Source: Orbicella franksi (Eukaryota). From it: a stretch of DNA of 64,000 nucleotides. Position numbers and translations under genes: made by a program. How positions within the stretch are numbered: position 1 is the stretch's first letter; the number at the start of each line of letters is the position of its first letter. This document shows positions 62,082 through 64,000 of the stretch, piece by piece. Location: contig OZ116706.1 of the NCBI GenBank assembly GCA_964199315.1, forward strand, positions 8,990,001 to 9,054,000, written 5' to 3'. Below the pieces are notes generated by a model. The model was not told where the DNA came from. It worked only from the letters and a program-made list of their open reading frames with translations, and did not search any database.

Positions 62082-63308
62082 ACTGACAAATGTGACTAAA
62101 CGACGACTAAACACCCGGCCAAGTCTGTAGACTTAACATTTTACAGAAATCAGGGATATAGTATTATACATCCGTATAATACTCTTATTAATCTTTGTTT
62201 TTCTCTTTCTCGTCTATATTTTCGTACACATTTTGCTTCACTGCCTTGTAACTCTCGGCTACTTCCTTTGTAATGTTTCATACTATGCGTATTTGAGGTA
62301 TAGGTTAGAAATTCTTGTTTCCACAGATCTCCATACCTCAGTTTCTGACCCAAGCTCTGATATAGACCAAAAAGGCGGTCTTCAATGGACAGCTTACCCA
62401 GATGTCTTAAAAGCAAACCAGCCCCCGGGTCAAATAATGTGGAAAAGGTACGAAGATAGTCTTCCTGGATTTGAAGGCTGTGGCACAGTTGTCGTGACTT
62501 TCACTTTCTACGATGGTGTACAGAGTTCGGAGCACCCAAGCCCCGGTGAAATGTACAAAGGAATGTCTTGCATTGCGTACCTCCCTGACACACAGGAAGG
62601 CAAGCAGATTTTAAAGTCATTACGGAAAGCTTTTGACGCTCGCCTGGTGTTCACTGTTTCAAGGTCTGCTTCAGATCCACCAGCCCAAGTCGCACTAAAT
62701 GGCGTCGAACTGAAGACATCAGCAGAAAGTAATGCAAGGTAAGCAGCTTCATAGATAACATTTCGTAAGAGTTTTGTGGTAAAGTCCTATAGCCTCTTGA
62801 TGTCGGCAAAACTCCACCTAAACAATAGGTCAAAAAGCGGTTTTTACTATAGTGTTATCAAATGATTTGAAGAAAATGTTAACTCATCAGAATTTGAATG
62901 AATGCACAGTTACTAAAAGATTCAGGAAGTCGCCTTTTACGATTACGAAAAAACTTTAAGGAGATGGGATGGGGTTGTCATCACCCTGTAAATACGCGGA
63001 AAAACCACCTCGCAATTAATTAAGTTATATATTGTGATTACTTTACTATTACGTATTACATACGGGCTAGTCCTCATGACAATACTAGGGGGGGAGTGTA
63101 AATAAGGCCTTTAACTTCATTATTTTGCGAGTCGTATAAACTTTGTCGTCGTGTTTCTTCGAATGGGTTTGAGATATATAATGTACTTTACAAGTTAGTT
63201 TTGAGACTCATGCAAACTTCACTCTTTGAATATTGCAGAAACGGCTACCCAGACCATGGATATTTGTCAAGAGTAAGAAAGCAACTAGCTGCTAAAGGAT
63301 TTCAATAA
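54566..63308 (+). CDS. DTX3L: DTX3L-like Deltex E3 ligase, 6 coding exons, about 1299 aa: RRM, KH-like, disordered linker, macrodomain, linker, RING-HC, DTC
   Basis: Exons 54566-54758, 57248-57333, 58180-61081, 61679-61915, 62327-62738, 63239-63308. Sum is 3900 nt, all GT-AG and phase compatible. RING CALC..CVQHKFCDDC..CPVC; DTC NQPPG..LPG..EHPSPG..AYLPD..EG..GYPD. Confidence 0.85.
57248..57333 (+). CDS. DTX3L-like exon 2 (not in the ORF track)
   Basis: VAESVLDRRHEIDGALVTLERHQSLHTDQ completes the RRM; cag/gt borders. Confidence 0.8.
57501..57790. mobile_element. MITE with ~35-bp TIRs
   Basis: GGGACTCTCATATAGAAAGTACGGGAGTGCTCGTCG ... CGACGAACACCCCCGTCCTTTTTATATGGGAGTCTC. Confidence 0.7.
58180..61081 (+). 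CDS. DTX3L-like exon 3: KH-like domain, low-complexity linkers, divergent macrodomain (~59290-59845)
   Basis: GITVLLQIGDITSSDVDVLLSPAN...TSCGNLPCRGVLHTVLP...SVALPPLG...INDIRIV is a macro fold signature. Confidence 0.85.
61679..61915 (+). CDS. DTX3L-like exon 4, C3HC4 RING
   Basis: CALC-x13-CVQHKFCDDC-x10-CPVC. Confidence 0.88.
62041..62081. repeat. (TTG)n microsatellite
   Basis: Direct reading. Confidence 0.9.
62327..62738 (+). CDS. DTX3L-like exon 5, Deltex C-terminal (DTC) domain
   Basis: NQPPGQIMW...LPGFEGCGT...EHPSPGEMY...AYLPDTQEGKQIL..LRKAFDARLVFT. Confidence 0.9.
63239..63308 (+). CDS. DTX3L-like exon 6, DTC end (not in the ORF track)
   Basis: (R)NGYPDHGYLSRVRKQLAAKGFQ*; the phase-2 junction matches exon 5. 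Confidence 0.88.
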
Positions 63309-64000
63309 GAGCGTCAATGTCACAATATTACTGAACATTTTCAATGTTGATCCTCTTTTTTAAATAACTATATATTTTTAATCATTTTATTGACACCACA
63401 CTTATGGCATTAACTACATTGATGAAAGAGCTGACACCAAATTAATTATTATAAATTAATTAGTTGCCGAGGACTTAGTACAATCTAATTGACAATAACT
63501 AATTTGTTTTGAAATATAATTAAGAGTTTCGGAACGCAAATACGCCTGGGGTGTCCAACATATGTCATTAATCCAGTAGGTTTTCATTGTGTTTAGTGAT
63601 GGTTTGATTAATACCATTTGTAAAATTTATTTTGGTAAATACTAGTGTGCGACACTTTGTTAAAAAACTCAGCATAGCTCAGCAGTGGTGGAAGCAGCGG
63701 ACCTGGAGTCCTGCTGTATTACTGTTCGATTTCGGAGGCGAGGATCACGAAATGGATCATGATCATACTGAAAAATAAAAGGATCAGTTGCATTCATTTT
63801 CTTTAGAAGTCAGTTAGTAAAAGAGGACTTGGTTCGAAAAATTTTTGACGATCTACCACCATCCGTAGCGTTTGCCGTATATAGTATCTATTTCATCTCC
63901 TCAGAAAACAAGTCAAGACCAATAGCTTCAACGCAATGTTAGTAGAGCAAGACTTTGGAATACTTTAAGCAATGAGACACGGTGAATCAATAGAGTATAT

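Overview
Eukaryotic, intron-rich genomic DNA. The repeat content and gene style suggest an anthozoan or stony coral (inference only). Positions 1-6.6 kb are a giant imperfect palindrome: two oppositely oriented arms of a ~199-bp satellite flank a different 202-bp tandem array. Positions 6.7-14.9 kb are a decaying, internally duplicated tRNA cluster (Val, Asn, Asp, Thr, Pro). It includes an Asp-body tRNA with a CTC anticodon, a structurally intact Val(GAC), and a duplicated hairpin element with compensatory base changes. Positions 16-31 kb hold an intronless secreted SGNH hydrolase, LINE/LTR/SINE debris, two N gaps, and a secreted protein with ~110-aa repeats. Positions 33.4-63.3 kb hold the main system. 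A 13-exon PARP14-like mono-ADP-ribosyltransferase (7 RRMs, KH-like array, 3 macrodomains, WWE, H-Y-I ART; ~2136 aa, minus strand) lies head-to-head with a 6-exon DTX3L-like Deltex E3 ligase (~1299 aa, plus strand). The start codons are ~0.5 kb apart, and the spacer carries IRF-E, GAS and kB-like motifs. The Deltex protein is unusual: it has an internal macrodomain, and the ADP-ribose-handling residues of its DTC domain are substituted. All gene models were built by hand from splice sites and reading-frame continuity; no database searches were run.
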